DNA from: Lepidodermella squamata | Lineage: Eukaryota > Animalia > Gastrotricha | Assembly (NCBI GenBank): GCA_047495785.1 | Contig: JBLDXI010000002.1 | Location: 2,728,001-2,792,000 of the forward strand | DNA length: 64,000 bases | Direction: 5' to 3' | In this document: one piece after another, positions 49,320 to 61,107 of the stretch | How the letters are laid out: every line of letters starts with the position of its first letter | Position numbering within the stretch: position 1 is the first letter of the stretch | The notes under the pieces: generated by a model | Told to the model about the DNA's origin: nothing | Databases searched by the model: none | Seen by the model: the letters and a program-made list of their open reading frames with translations, nothing else | Made by a program: the position numbers and the translations under genes

Positions 49320-51666
49320 ATGCCGCAGGAAAAAGAGGACAAGCAGCAGCAGGCAGCAGCAGCCGAAGCTGAATCTGAACCAACAGCGGGCGATAACAAG
49401 GAAATCATGGCCTCAGGAGACCCTCGCGGCTTACAACGCGAACGCTGGGCAACGCCCTTTGACTTTGTGTTAGCCTGTGTCGGCTTTTCCATCGGTAAAA
49501 ATTCGGAAATTAGGCGAAAAACAACTTTTTGACCCACTTTTTGAACTAGGATATGGCAACGTTTGGCGTTTTCCTTACCTAGTCTACAAGGTTTCAATTT
49601 TTCTTCTAAATTATTTGGTCCCAAAAACTGATTTTATATTAGAATGGAGGTGGAGCTTTCCTCATTCCGTTCTTCTTGTCGGCTCTGTTGGGCGGAATTC
49701 CTGTTTTCTTCCTTGAAGTTATTCAAGGCCAGTTCATGTCCGGTGGAGCTATTAAAGTGTGGAAGATGGCTCCACTTTTCGAGGGCATAGGTTTCGCCTC
49801 GATGGTCATTGTTTTCTGCCTGAATTGTTACTACAACATCCTGCTAACGTGGTCGCTCCGCTACCTATTCGCCTCGATCTCGTGGGTGCTACCTTGGCAG
49901 GTCTGCGACAACGAGTGGAATACGGACTACTGCGTCATCGATAAGCCGACGCCCGTGCTCGATGCCAAAAATGTCACGATTGGCTACCTCAGCTCGCGTA
50001 ACGTTACCGTCACAAATCTGTCTAATCTCACTGACTCGGCCATCGAGTATTGGGAGTAGGTTTCCCAAGAAAATCAGAGATGATAATCGATACAAATCTA
50101 AATTCTAGGAACCGTGTTCTCGGCATCAGCAACGGTATCGATGAGGTTGGAAATATTAAGCTGGACTTATTGCTATGCCTTATTTTCGCCTGGGTTTTAG
50201 TGTTAGCCAAATTTTTATTTTGAAAATTTCCAGGTTTAAATTAAATCTTAATTTTAGATACGTTTGCATCTTCAACGGTATCCGAGCTTCCGGCCGAGTG
50301 ATGTACTTCACGGCTACTGCCCCGTTCCTTCTCATGTTCATACTGATGGTCCGTGGTCTTACTCTGCCCGGCGCCATGAAAGGCCTGGAATTTTACCTGA
50401 AACCCGACTTTTCTAAGCTGCTCGAGCTTCGAGTTTGGGCCGACGCTGGCAGCCAGATCTTTTTTAGCTACTCAATCAGCTTGGGTGTTTTGAATGCCCT
50501 CGGTTCCTACAACCCATGGCGCCAAAACTCATTCCGAGACTCGTTCATCTTCAGCTGCGTCGACAGCTTCACCTGCGTGGTTGCTGTTAGTCGCTTCTCA
50601 TTGCAGGAAATTTCGATTAATTTTTGAAATATCTAGGGCTTCGTTATCTTCCCAGTGTTGGGTTACATGGCTGAAATGAAGGGTGTGGACATCAGCGATG
50701 TCGCCGAGCAAGGTGACGTAGTCGAGTGATTAATCCCGTTTTATTTATTCTTTTTAATTTTAGGCCCTGGTTTGGTCTTTGTGGTCTACCCCAAGGCAGT
50801 TTCTCTCATGCCATTGGCACCGGTCTGGTCGCTTCTGTTCTTCTCGATGCTTATCCTTGTCGGCATCGACAGTCAGTTCTGCGCCGTAGAAGGCTTCTGC
50901 GCTGCCATTACCGATTTCTTCCCGAAAAAACTCGCCGGCTCGCTATGCCGGCGGGCCTCTTTCGTTGGCTTCGTCTGTTTTATCAAATTCTGCGTGGGCC
51001 TGACAATGATTACAAACGGCGGCATGTACGTCTTCCAGGTAGATTTAAATCATTCATAAAATTTATTGAAATTTTTAATGATTTTTTTCGTAGATCTTGG
51101 ATTACTACAGCGGTTAGTTTTTTCAATTTTTCAAAATTTTAACCTAGAAAATTTTACTCTTAGGCTGCCGTATTATCATGCTGGTTGCTATGGCCGAATG
51201 TCTCGTTGTCGGCTGGGTATACGGAAGCGATAAATTCTGCAACAATATGGAGGTGATGTGGGGCAAACCGATGTGGCGGCCGTTCCGCATCGGCATCAAG
51301 GTCATGTGGAACGTCGTCACGCCGCTCTACGTTTTCGGCCAATTCGTTCTCAATTCTTACGAGTACAGCCAGGCGTTGACGTACAAGCGTAACGCCAACC
51401 TGATCTACGAGTTCCCGTCATGGGCCATCGCCCTTGGCTGGACGCTGGCCTACATCAGTATTGTTTTCATTCCGGCTGTCGCAATATTCAAAATGCTGAA
51501 ACTGGACCATGTTACCGGCTTCGTTTCGAAAATCAAGCATCTGTGTAAGCCGGTCTTGAAGCCGTACATGGTGCTACCGAATGAACCTGCCGACTCGTAC
51601 ATCCTCGAGGAACTCGACGATGAACCAGAAACTTCTGAGCCAATGCTAACCGAGCAAAAGGCGTAG
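49320..51666 (+). CDS. SLC6 Na+/Cl- dependent transporter, GABA/taurine/creatine clade, paralog A (multi-exon)
   Basis: RERW...[70 protein letters not shown]; ~50-55 nt introns restore the frame. Confidence 0.93.
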
Positions 51667-51986
51667 ATGGAAAGAGACAAAAGTCAAACCTTATTTTAAA
51701 ATAATTATATTTTGTTGTATCAAACCTTTGAAATATAGTTATTTTTGTATGTGTAGAAGGACAATCCCTGTATTTTAATATGTTTTTCGCTTCTATTTTA
51801 TTCGTTTAAAAGGAAGAACAGGGATGGGGAGAATTCTAGTAGATGCCTTCACTCGGTCTCGGTTTTGTTGACTTTTAAAACTAATTTTGATCCAGCGTGA
51901 CATCTCCAGCGAACTTCTCTTTGTCTCATAGAATGAATGAATTATTGTAATTTTATGTAAGGAAGCGATGCGAAATAAAATAACTG

Positions 51987-54296
51987 TCAAATTACTGGGT
52001 CATCGTCCTTCGTCACTTCGAGCATCCTAGCGACAGGGTCGTCATCCTCGATTATCTCATCTGGATCTGGAATATAGGAATCAGGACTATCACCGGGTAA
52101 AACTTGGTATGATCTCAGCACCGGTTTCATCAAATAAACACAGCGCTAAAATTAAAGAAAATAAATAATATTTTCAATGCTTTTCACGCCAACTAACCTC
52201 CTTAATCGACATAGTCTTGGGCAGCTTGCAAATTTTGATCACAGCCACTAGTGGTATGAAGAAAACACTGATGTATGCCAATACCCATCCAACCGCCACT
52301 GCCCAAGAAGGGAATTCGTAGATCAAGTTCGAGCTGCGTTTATAGGTCAGCGCTTGGCTGTAGATGATAGAATTGAGGATGAATTCGCCTAGAACAAAAG
52401 CAGGGGTGATGTAGCACCACATTAGCTTGAGGCCGATTCTGAGCGGGCGCCACAGCGGCTTTCCCCACATTACGGCGATATTGTCGAGAAATCGATCACT
52501 GCCATAAACCCATCCGACAACCAAACACTCCGCCATTGCGATCAACATAATGATGCGACACCCTGTTTGATAAGGGACATTTTCTTATATGGTCATTATT
52601 ACTTTCAACTTACCGCTGTAGTAATCCAAGATCTTGCCAAATGGATTTTTTGAATATTTTAAGCTGACACTAATGGCAAGTAATTTACCTGAAATACGTA
52701 CATTCCACCGTTTGTTATCATCGACAGGCCGATTAGAAATTTGATAAAACACCAAAAAGCTGTGAAAGCTGCTCTTCTCCAGGCCGTTTTTGAGAAAGAC
52801 TTCGGAAAAACGTCGATAATCGCTGCTACAAAGCCTTCGACGTCGCAAAACTGGCTGTCAATGCCGACGAGAATGAGCATGAAGAAAAAGAGGCAGGACC
52901 AAACTGGAGCCAGGGGCATCAAGCTAACAGCTTTAGGGTAGACTACGAAAACTAGTCCTGGACCTTGTTCAGCAACTTCGCTGATATCCACGCCCTTCAA
53001 ATGAGCCATGTAACCGAGAATTGGGAATATCACGAAGCCCTAGGAACAGTATAGCCATATCTGAATAATTGAGGCATATTGCTTTTTAGACTTACGGCGA
53101 CAACACAGGTAAATGTGTCTACGAGGCTGAAGATGAACGAGTCTCTCAGCGAATTATGTCTCCAGGGATTGTGGGAGCCAAGAGCATTTAATACGCCAAT
53201 GCTAATCGCGTAGCTGAAGAAAACTTGGGTGCCTGAAAGTAATTGGGATAATTTTACAACTTTTGACAATTCTGCACCCACCTGCATCGGCCCATACTCG
53301 AGGATCCGAGAGCTTCGAGAAATCGGGTTTGAGGTAGAACTCGACCCCAGTCATTGCGCCAGGCAAGAAGAGGCCCCTCACAAGTAGGATGAACAATATC
53401 AAGAATGGCGCCGTAGCCGTGAAGTACATTACTCGACCCGAGGTTCTGATTCCTTTGCAAATGCAGATGAACCTAATACGAAGTTAGTATAACTAGGCTC
53501 AGGGTTGACTCGAGATGCTACTTACACTAAAACCCAAGCAACAATGAGGCAAACCAACAAATCTGGCTTGATATTTCCAGCATCCTCAATGCCGTCACTA
53601 ATACCAAGCACCCTTCGCCTGAAATTTGAAAGATACTTTGAAGGGTGTTCTTTTCACGGTTTTTAAGGACGTCATTACTCCCAATACTCCGCGGCAGGAT
53701 CCGTTGTAAAAATTGCTGCCGAAGCGTTTCTCCAAGCAGTCACGTTTGTTAAATTTGTGGTGGCGTTGCTCTGAATATTTTCACTCGAAGCTTGATGATA
53801 GACGTCGACGACGCAATGCTCTGTATTCCACTCGTTATCGCAGGATTGCCAGGGTAGTGTCCACGTGAAGGAAGCAAACAAATAGCGGAAGGACCAAGTT
53901 AGCAAGATGTTGTAGTAGCAATTCATGAAGAAGACTACAACAATAGCTGCGTAACCAATGCCCTCGAATAACGGCGCCATTTTCCACACTTGAATCGCTC
54001 CACCAGACATGTACTGACCTTGAATTACCTCGAGGAAAAATACCGAGATTCCACCCATGATCACGCAGGTGAAAAATGGAATGAAAAATGCACCGCCGCC
54101 GCTCTATAGAAGTAGGATTTGCAATTTAAATTTAACAATGGCGAATCGTGGCAACCTTATACAAGAGGTAAGGGAATCTCCAGACGTTGCCGAAGCCGAT
54201 CGAACAGCCAACGCATGCCAAAACGAAATCGATCGGGGTTGCCCATCTCTCATGCTTCAGTCCTTTTGGATCCAAACTAGCTTTATCCTGGCCCAT
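51987..54296 (-). CDS. SLC6 transporter, paralog B (inverted)
   Basis: [52 protein letters not shown]; the last exon 52145-51987 ends in TGA. A short upstream exon is possible. Confidence 0.92.
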
Positions 54297-54585
54297 GCTG
54301 ACCTGATAAAATTAATAGCCCATATGCAGCGAGAAAATTAGAAAAAGCAAAGAGAAAATGCCTATTTCCACCGCACTAAAATCAGCCATTGTCTCCTGAA
54401 TATAATACTCACAACTGATGGACGTTAACACATGATTGTGTAGCGCGCAATGGCCATGGGCTATGCATACACAGCCACTAACGCTAGCGGGCGTTAAAAC
54501 CAGGGTAAGCATATACATTGTGTGCGCATGGACGTTTTGTACTTGTGAGGAATATACTGATGAGGAGTAGTATTTCCAAGATTTT

Positions 54586-54595
54586 GTCACGTGAC
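54586..54595. promoter_or_regulatory. GTCACGTGAC E-box (USF/TFEB CLEAR-type palindrome) in the divergent SLC6 B/C promoter
   Basis: Exact 10-bp palindrome ~290 bp upstream of the paralog B ATG; function inferred only. Confidence 0.35.
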
Positions 54596-55575
54596 CTAAT
54601 TCACAAATAATGTGTACTAGAAGCTGAAAAAGCCCGCAAAAGCGCGTTGTTGCCGCGTTGTGTTGGGTTGCAAAGAGCGATCAGGACAGTATAAATGCAC
54701 TATAATTAAATGAGGCTCCTTTCAAAAGCTTTCCTTTCAATTTGGAATACCGATTACCTATGTTCGAAAAAATATTGTTTAATTTACCGAAATAACACCG
54801 AAAAAACAGCCGTGTTGAAACCGGAAAGTTGAATGGAGAGCGTCTTTCCTATATTGGTCCTATATTGACTGTTGAATGTGGCAACAGCTAACAGCAAACT
54901 ATTTTGAAATTTCTACGACTGGCGGATAGTAATGACCAGTACTCGTAATTATTTTATCTTTTATCACACTTTTTCGGACTAAAACACGCATGATCAGAGA
55001 GGAAGCCGCGGCTTGCTGATAAAGAAAAAGATAAAATTATTATACACTCGCAACATTGCGAGCGGTAATTGTCACATTTATTTCAGTCCTGAAGACCTGT
55101 CGTAATTCAAGCGATCCGATTCATGAATCGTCAACAAACTGGGTAGAAAAAAATCGATTATTGATTCGCAATTATTGTTTTTCCACGATACGCTAATACA
55201 ATAAAAGTGCCGTGCCAGGCCTTCAGTTTTTGCTGGTTTCATTTATTACCATCATTTCTTAATATAGCAGTGCTAGTTTCTTGTCACTTGAAGTATTCCG
55301 ATGTTAGAATAATTACCATCGCGTGATGTAGATGTTGCAAATTCATGCACCTGGAAACTTCTTTCGAGTCGTGTTTTTCACACTCAGTATTTTAGCTCAA
55401 AAAGCGGTCAGCTTTAAAAGCGTTAATTTCTCAATAAGTAGTTAGGTAACAATAGCGTATATTTACTATCAGTGTCAAGATAAAAAACGAGTAGCCAACT
55501 TGATTACAATATACCTACCGAGCACTCGATAAAGCCAGATCCAACATCGTAAAACAATTGTTTGTTTCGTGGCAG

Positions 55576-57979
55576 ATGGTTAGATTTCAAGATCCGAAGG
55601 GTCTGAAGCATGAACGCTGGGCTACTCCTGCCGACTTTCTAATTGCCTGTGTTGGCTGCTCAATCGGCTATGGTAACGTCTGGCGTTTCCCCTACCTCGT
55701 TTACAAGGTATATCATTCCGAAAATTGGGAATTTTATATTCAACTATTTTTATAGAATGGCGGCGGCGCTTTTCTCATTCCATTTTTTATATCGGTGCTC
55801 TTCGGCGGAATTTCTGTGTTCTTCCTTGAGGTAATACAGGGTCAGTTCATGTCAGCCGGGGCAATAGGGGTCTGGAAAATGGCACCTCTGTTCCAAGGTA
55901 AATTTGACTAGAAAATTGTAAAATAAAAATTGAATATTTTCTCGTGAAATCAAAAGGTATCGGCGTTGCATCTCTGGTCATTTTATTCTGCGTCAATAGC
56001 TACTACAACATTCTTCTTACATGGTCATTCCGTTATCTATTCGCCTCGTTTTCCTGGCCGTTGCCATGGCAAAAGTGCAACAATAAATGGAACAGCGAAT
56101 ATTGTGTCGAAGACGATCCCCATGGCAACGCGTCCCTGGCGCTAATGAGTGCCCGAAACCTATCAGCTGCCAATGTTTCGCTTCTTGTCGACCCTGCCGT
56201 CGAATATTGGGAGTAATGAGAGAGTATTTAGGCAGCTAAACTAGAATTTTATGGCAATATTTTTATTTGAAAGGCGGCGAGTGCTGAATATCAGTGATGG
56301 GATAGAATATCCGGGTGGTATCAAGCCAGACCTCCTGATCTGTTTGATTTTTGCTTGGACTCTAGTGTAAGATATTTATAGTGTGTAATTCATCGGGTGT
56401 AATTTTGTTAATTTTCAAGATTTTTTTGTATATTCAATGGAATTCGAACCTCTGGAAAGGTCATGTACTTCACTGCGACGGCTCCATTTATCATCATGTT
56501 CATTCTCACGATTCGTGGCTTGACTTTACCCGGTGCCATGAAAGGAGTTGAATTCTACCTTAAACCTGATTTTTCGAAATTAACCGAACTGAAAGTATGG
56601 GCTGATGCAGGTAATAAATTTAAGCTGGATTTAAACTAAAACTAGATTAATTCTTTCTACTTTAGGCACCCAGGTCTACTTCAGCTACGCCATCAGTATT
56701 GGGGTTCTCAATTCCTTAGGGGCCAATAACCCTTGGCGGCAAAATTCTTTACGAGACACCGTCATTTTCAGCTTCGTCGATAGCTTCGCCTGTATCTTGG
56801 CTGTAAATTTATTGAAGCGAAAAAAAACTAAATTCTTTTGACTAATTTCCAACTTCAGGGCTTTGTGATTTTTCCAATAATCGGATATATGGCGCATACA
56901 AAAGGCATGGACATCAGCGATGTGGCGGAACAAGGGCCTGGCCTAGTGTTTGTTATTTACCCGAAGGCCGTCTCTTTGATGCCGTTCGCGCCCGTTTGGT
57001 CTTTCCTCTTCTTCTTCATGCTGATTCTGGTGGGAATTGACAGCCAGTTCTGCAACGTCGAAGGCTTCGTCGCATCAGTCGTCGATCTATTCCCAGACAC
57101 CCTGGCGAAGACCGCGTGGAGACGTGCCGGTTTCACATTCAGCATTTGTTTCATCAATTTCCTAATTGGCCTCGCCATGATTACAAACGGTGGAATGTAC
57201 GTCTTTCAGGTAAATTAAATCAATTTTCGCAAATTCACTCAGAATTTAATTTTCGCTAAATAGATCATGGATTACTACAGCGGTATGTTGTTCCTAAATA
57301 TTCGAATTTTAGGAATTTTTCAATTATAAAAAAATTTAGGCTGTCGCATTGTCATGTTGGTTGCGATGGCCGAATGCCTTGTCGTTGGCTGGGTCTACGG
57401 CAGTTCCCGCCTCTGCGACAACATGGAAGTGATGTGGGGCAAACCGCTGTGGAAGCCGTTTCGCTACGGCATCATCGCAATGTGGAACTACATCACTCCT
57501 ATTTACGTTTTCGGCCAATTCATCTTAAATTCCTACGAATACAGCTACGCCCTGACGTACAAACGCAATGCGACAACTGTCTACGAATTTCCACCTTGGG
57601 CGATTGCTCTCGGCTGGGTTCTTGCTTATTTCAGCGTTATTTTCATCCCACTCGTTGCGCTGGTTATGATTTACCGAATGCCAAAAGATATGCCGTTGAG
57701 ACAGGTTCGATTTGAAAATACATTTGCTATTATATTGGCAACAAATTGATTTTTCAGCGGATTCATTACTTGACAAAGCCAGTTCTCAAGCCGTACATGG
57801 TATTACCTGATGCTGCTCCGAAATCTTTTATACTCGAAGAAATTGAGGAGGATGACGAAGACTGTTGGTGGGACGACAACGACGGCGACGCTGATACATT
57901 TCAGAAGCAACGCAAGGTCGTCACTTTCGAATACCAAGAGCCGTTAAACGAAGACTACGATCAAGACAATCGTTTCTAG
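55576..57979 (+). CDS. SLC6 transporter, paralog C
   Basis: [50 protein letters not shown]; acidic C-terminal tail. Confidence 0.92.
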
Positions 57980-58506
57980 CCATAATTACTCGAAAAATAT
58001 TAGCTGAAGTGTTTACGGAAACTGCGCAGCATTTGATTTTTCTTTGAAAATAAACAAGTATTTTTGCGACACAAATTTCCGTTTTTTTGTACAAGAGCTA
58101 TTCAACTTGATATTTTATTGAGCAATTATTTTACAGCATTAGCCGTAAAAAAAACGCGTGTATGCCGATTCCGAAATTACGGTCTCGAGGCAACCGTAGT
58201 GAATGCTGCTCTCTGCTAATATGTATTCATTGAGCCACGATTTGCCGTGCAAATCTGAGCAAGACATATGATGCATGAGCGCGAAAATCAATGCGCGACG
58301 ATATGCTTCAGCTGCAAAAAACGCAGCGCTATTGAACAGACACGGGGCTGCTGGTAAAGAGGGTTACCAAGGCTCGAATCTCAGTATTTTTCCAATATAT
58401 CGCTATCACTTGCTTGGGTGCTAATTTTGTTCGACTCCGGGCTATAATAATCCTGAAATTTCAATTTTTTTCCCCTTTCAATAGGTCATTTACACACTAG
58501 TAGGAA

Positions 58507-59230
58507 ATGCCGCCGAAAAAGGACGATAAGAAGAAGAAAAAGGGAAAGGACGACGAGATCAAGATTCCGAAAGAGCTGATCGAGCAATTCTTGCCGGAGC
58601 AGTTCAAGCTCTCAAATGACATCTTCATTGCTTACGACAAGAAAGCAGAAGGCCTGCTTAACGTCTCTGAAATCGGCCTTATGCTCCGATTAATTGGTGG
58701 CAATCCGTCCGAGGCTGAGGTTACTGAATGGATGGACGCAGCGAAAAATCAAGACGGTATAATTAAACTCGTTTTCGAAATAAATTGCGTGCAATTTTTT
58801 TTTATAGGAAAAATGAACCTCTTAGCCTGGCTGCAAGTTTGCGCTCTGGAGCTTCGAACCCGGAAAACCGACAGCGATATTGCCGTAGCCTTCGAAACTT
58901 TCGATCACGACCAATCGGGCCAAGTTAAAGCCGACGAAATGCGCCGACAGCTCGTCGCAAATGGTATTTAAGCCTCAAATTGAACAAACCTTGATTGTTT
59001 ACGCTCGTATTCTTTCAGCGGAAAGCTTTCCCGAAAACGTAGCCGACGAATTTGTTACCGAGGCGACAGCGAATATGGACGAAAACGGGCGCATTAATTT
59101 CCGAGATTTCATCGCGCACATGAACGCTGATGCCGAAAAGGCGTGGAACAAAAAGAAGAAAAAGCTCGGCATCGCTGGTCCCAACGACGGCAAAAAAGGC
59201 AAAAAGGGCAAGGGCAAAAAGAAAAAGTGA
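58507..59230 (+). CDS. Calmodulin-like EF-hand protein with Lys-rich termini, paralog 1; introns 58757-58807, 58964-59018
   Basis: EIGLMLRLIGGNPSEAEV, AFETFDHDQSGQVKADE, DENGRINFRDF; begins MPPKKDDKKKKK and ends GKKGKKGKGKKKK. Confidence 0.85.
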
Positions 59231-59499
59231 ATCTGTTGTTTAAAAGAAACCAAAAGGAGCAGAATCGTATAGTTCTCAAATTACTTTCTTTTTCTAATAA
59301 TAATCAACATGTTATGCATTTTTAATCTATGTTGTATTAGCACCTGTTTTTTTACGCAACTTAACTATTCATTTGCTAATACCAAAAAATGAATTGCTAC
59401 AGTAAAAAATGCGTTGTGGCCTATTTGACTTAACGCCGGTGATCGATTTCATGTTTTTCCTGCGCGTAAAAAATCGAGAGGTGAAACAATGGGCGAAGC

Positions 59500-59514
59500 G
59501 TTGCCACTGGCTAC
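59500..59514 (-). promoter_or_regulatory. Candidate RFX X-box upstream of EF-hand paralog 2
   Basis: Minus-strand GTAGCC-AGT-GGCAAC fits GTNRCC(N0-3)RGYAAC; ~205 bp before the ATG. Confidence 0.45.
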
Positions 59515-59718
59515 GGCGCGCCTCGATAATATTATTGCATGGCTTGTTGAGTTGAGCTGAGAGCAGCAGAGCCTATAGTCCACCAGTCGAGAGGTTTATT
59601 GTGTTTAGCCGAAACACAATACACCAGCGTCTATAATAGGTCAGACCTACTCACCTGGAACTGCACCTTTGATGCAATAATCACAGCCGAATTTATTCAC
59701 GATTGCGATTTTCTCAAA

Positions 59719-60433
59719 ATGCCACCTAAAAAGGAGCAGGACAAGAAGCCGAAGAAGAAAGGCAAGAAGGAAGAGATTGTCATCCCGAAAGCTCTTGCAG
59801 AACAGTTCCCACCTGGGCACATGCAGCTAGCAATTAATGTGATTTTTTTAAATTTCCTTATAGTCTTATGATAATTTTTCCAATCCAGGTTTTTACGAAC
59901 ACAGATAAGAAAGGCGAAGGTTTCGTCGATGTGAAAGAGCTGGGCTTTATGTTGAGATTCATCGGCGGCAATCCTACCGATGCCGAAGTTCGAGAATGGA
60001 CAGATGCCGTTCGAAATGACGAGGGGAAAATGGACGTGCTCGGGTTTCTTCAATGCGCAGCGCTCGAACTGCAGACCCACAAAACCGACTCCGATGTTTT
60101 CATAGCTTTCCAAATTTTCGACTCGAAGGAAGCAGGGCTCGTTAGATGCGAGACAATTCGTGATCAGCTCGCGACAATAGGTATATCCACCTTAAAAATT
60201 ACGAAATATATTTGTATCATTTATTTCTCTTTTAAGGTGAATCGTTCCCGGTAGATGTAGTAGACCAATTTTTGATCGAAGCGGCTGATGTCACTACTGA
60301 AGACGGCGAGATTCGCTACTTGGATTTCATCAACAACATGAATGCAGATGCAAACAAGGTGTGGGTGAAGAAAGCCAAAAAGCTCGGGCTGCTCGAAGAT
60401 CCCGCTAAGAAAAAGGGAAAGAAGAAAAAGTGA
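59719..60433 (+). CDS. Calmodulin-like EF-hand protein with Lys-rich termini, paralog 2; introns 59839-59888, 60181-60236
   Basis: DKKGEGFVDVKELGFMLRFIGGNPTDAEV, AFQIFDSKEAG, EDGEIRYLDFI; ends KKKGKKKK*. Confidence 0.85.
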
Positions 60434-60813
60434 CATGCAACATCTCAATTATTTGCACCAGTGAATACATGATTTTTCATTTTTTAAATAACTTCACTTA
60501 TTGATCATTATCATGCTCTCATTTCGTGCCATAAAATCAATAGCCATCAGTACGTCAATTTTGGCTCTTGACGCTTGAATCCCTGTTTGCATTCAAGACT
60601 AACAGCTTCCTATTTTTGTTTGCACTGGCTGGCCGAATAATATCGAAATTGTGTTTTAGTCGATTATTGCGCCTGTTTTTTTTGGCGCCGCGTGGAGGCA
60701 AACACGCGCCGCCTACGTGTCGATGGCGCGTCAAAAAATGCCCTGTTCCGAATACGGCTCAGTCCACGCAGACCAGCCGAAACGCCAATATCATCTTTAT
60801 TGTCTTAAAAACG

Positions 60814-61107
60814 ATGTCTGCTATATTTTACTCAGCTGCTCTTTTGCTATTGGTCGCCGTAGTCGCTGCAGTTCCAGTTCAGTATTTCAAGAATGCAGTG
60901 CCAGTCAACGTCCAGTCGAGTCGGGTAGCTGACCATAATGGCATGTTGAACAACCAATTTGAGCTATCCAAGGCTGGCTTGCCATCGCCCAATCGCCACC
61001 GCATCGGTAGGCCATCCGCTGTTCAACACCCAGCTGGTGTTTACGAAAATGCAGCGCAAATATTTGTCAATGAATTGCCAGCCGATCCTCGAACTGGTCG
61101 CTTTTGA
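60814..61107 (+). CDS. Small secreted orphan protein A (97 aa)
   Basis: Hydrophobic signal peptide (MSAIFYSAALLLLVAVVAA); similarity to the 62520 ORF; AATAAA at 61243. Confidence 0.7.
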   Translation: MSAIFYSAALLLLVAVVAAVPVQYFKNAVPVNVQSSRVADHNGMLNNQFELSKAGLPSPNRHRIGRPSAVQHPAGVYENAAQIFVNELPADPRTGRF

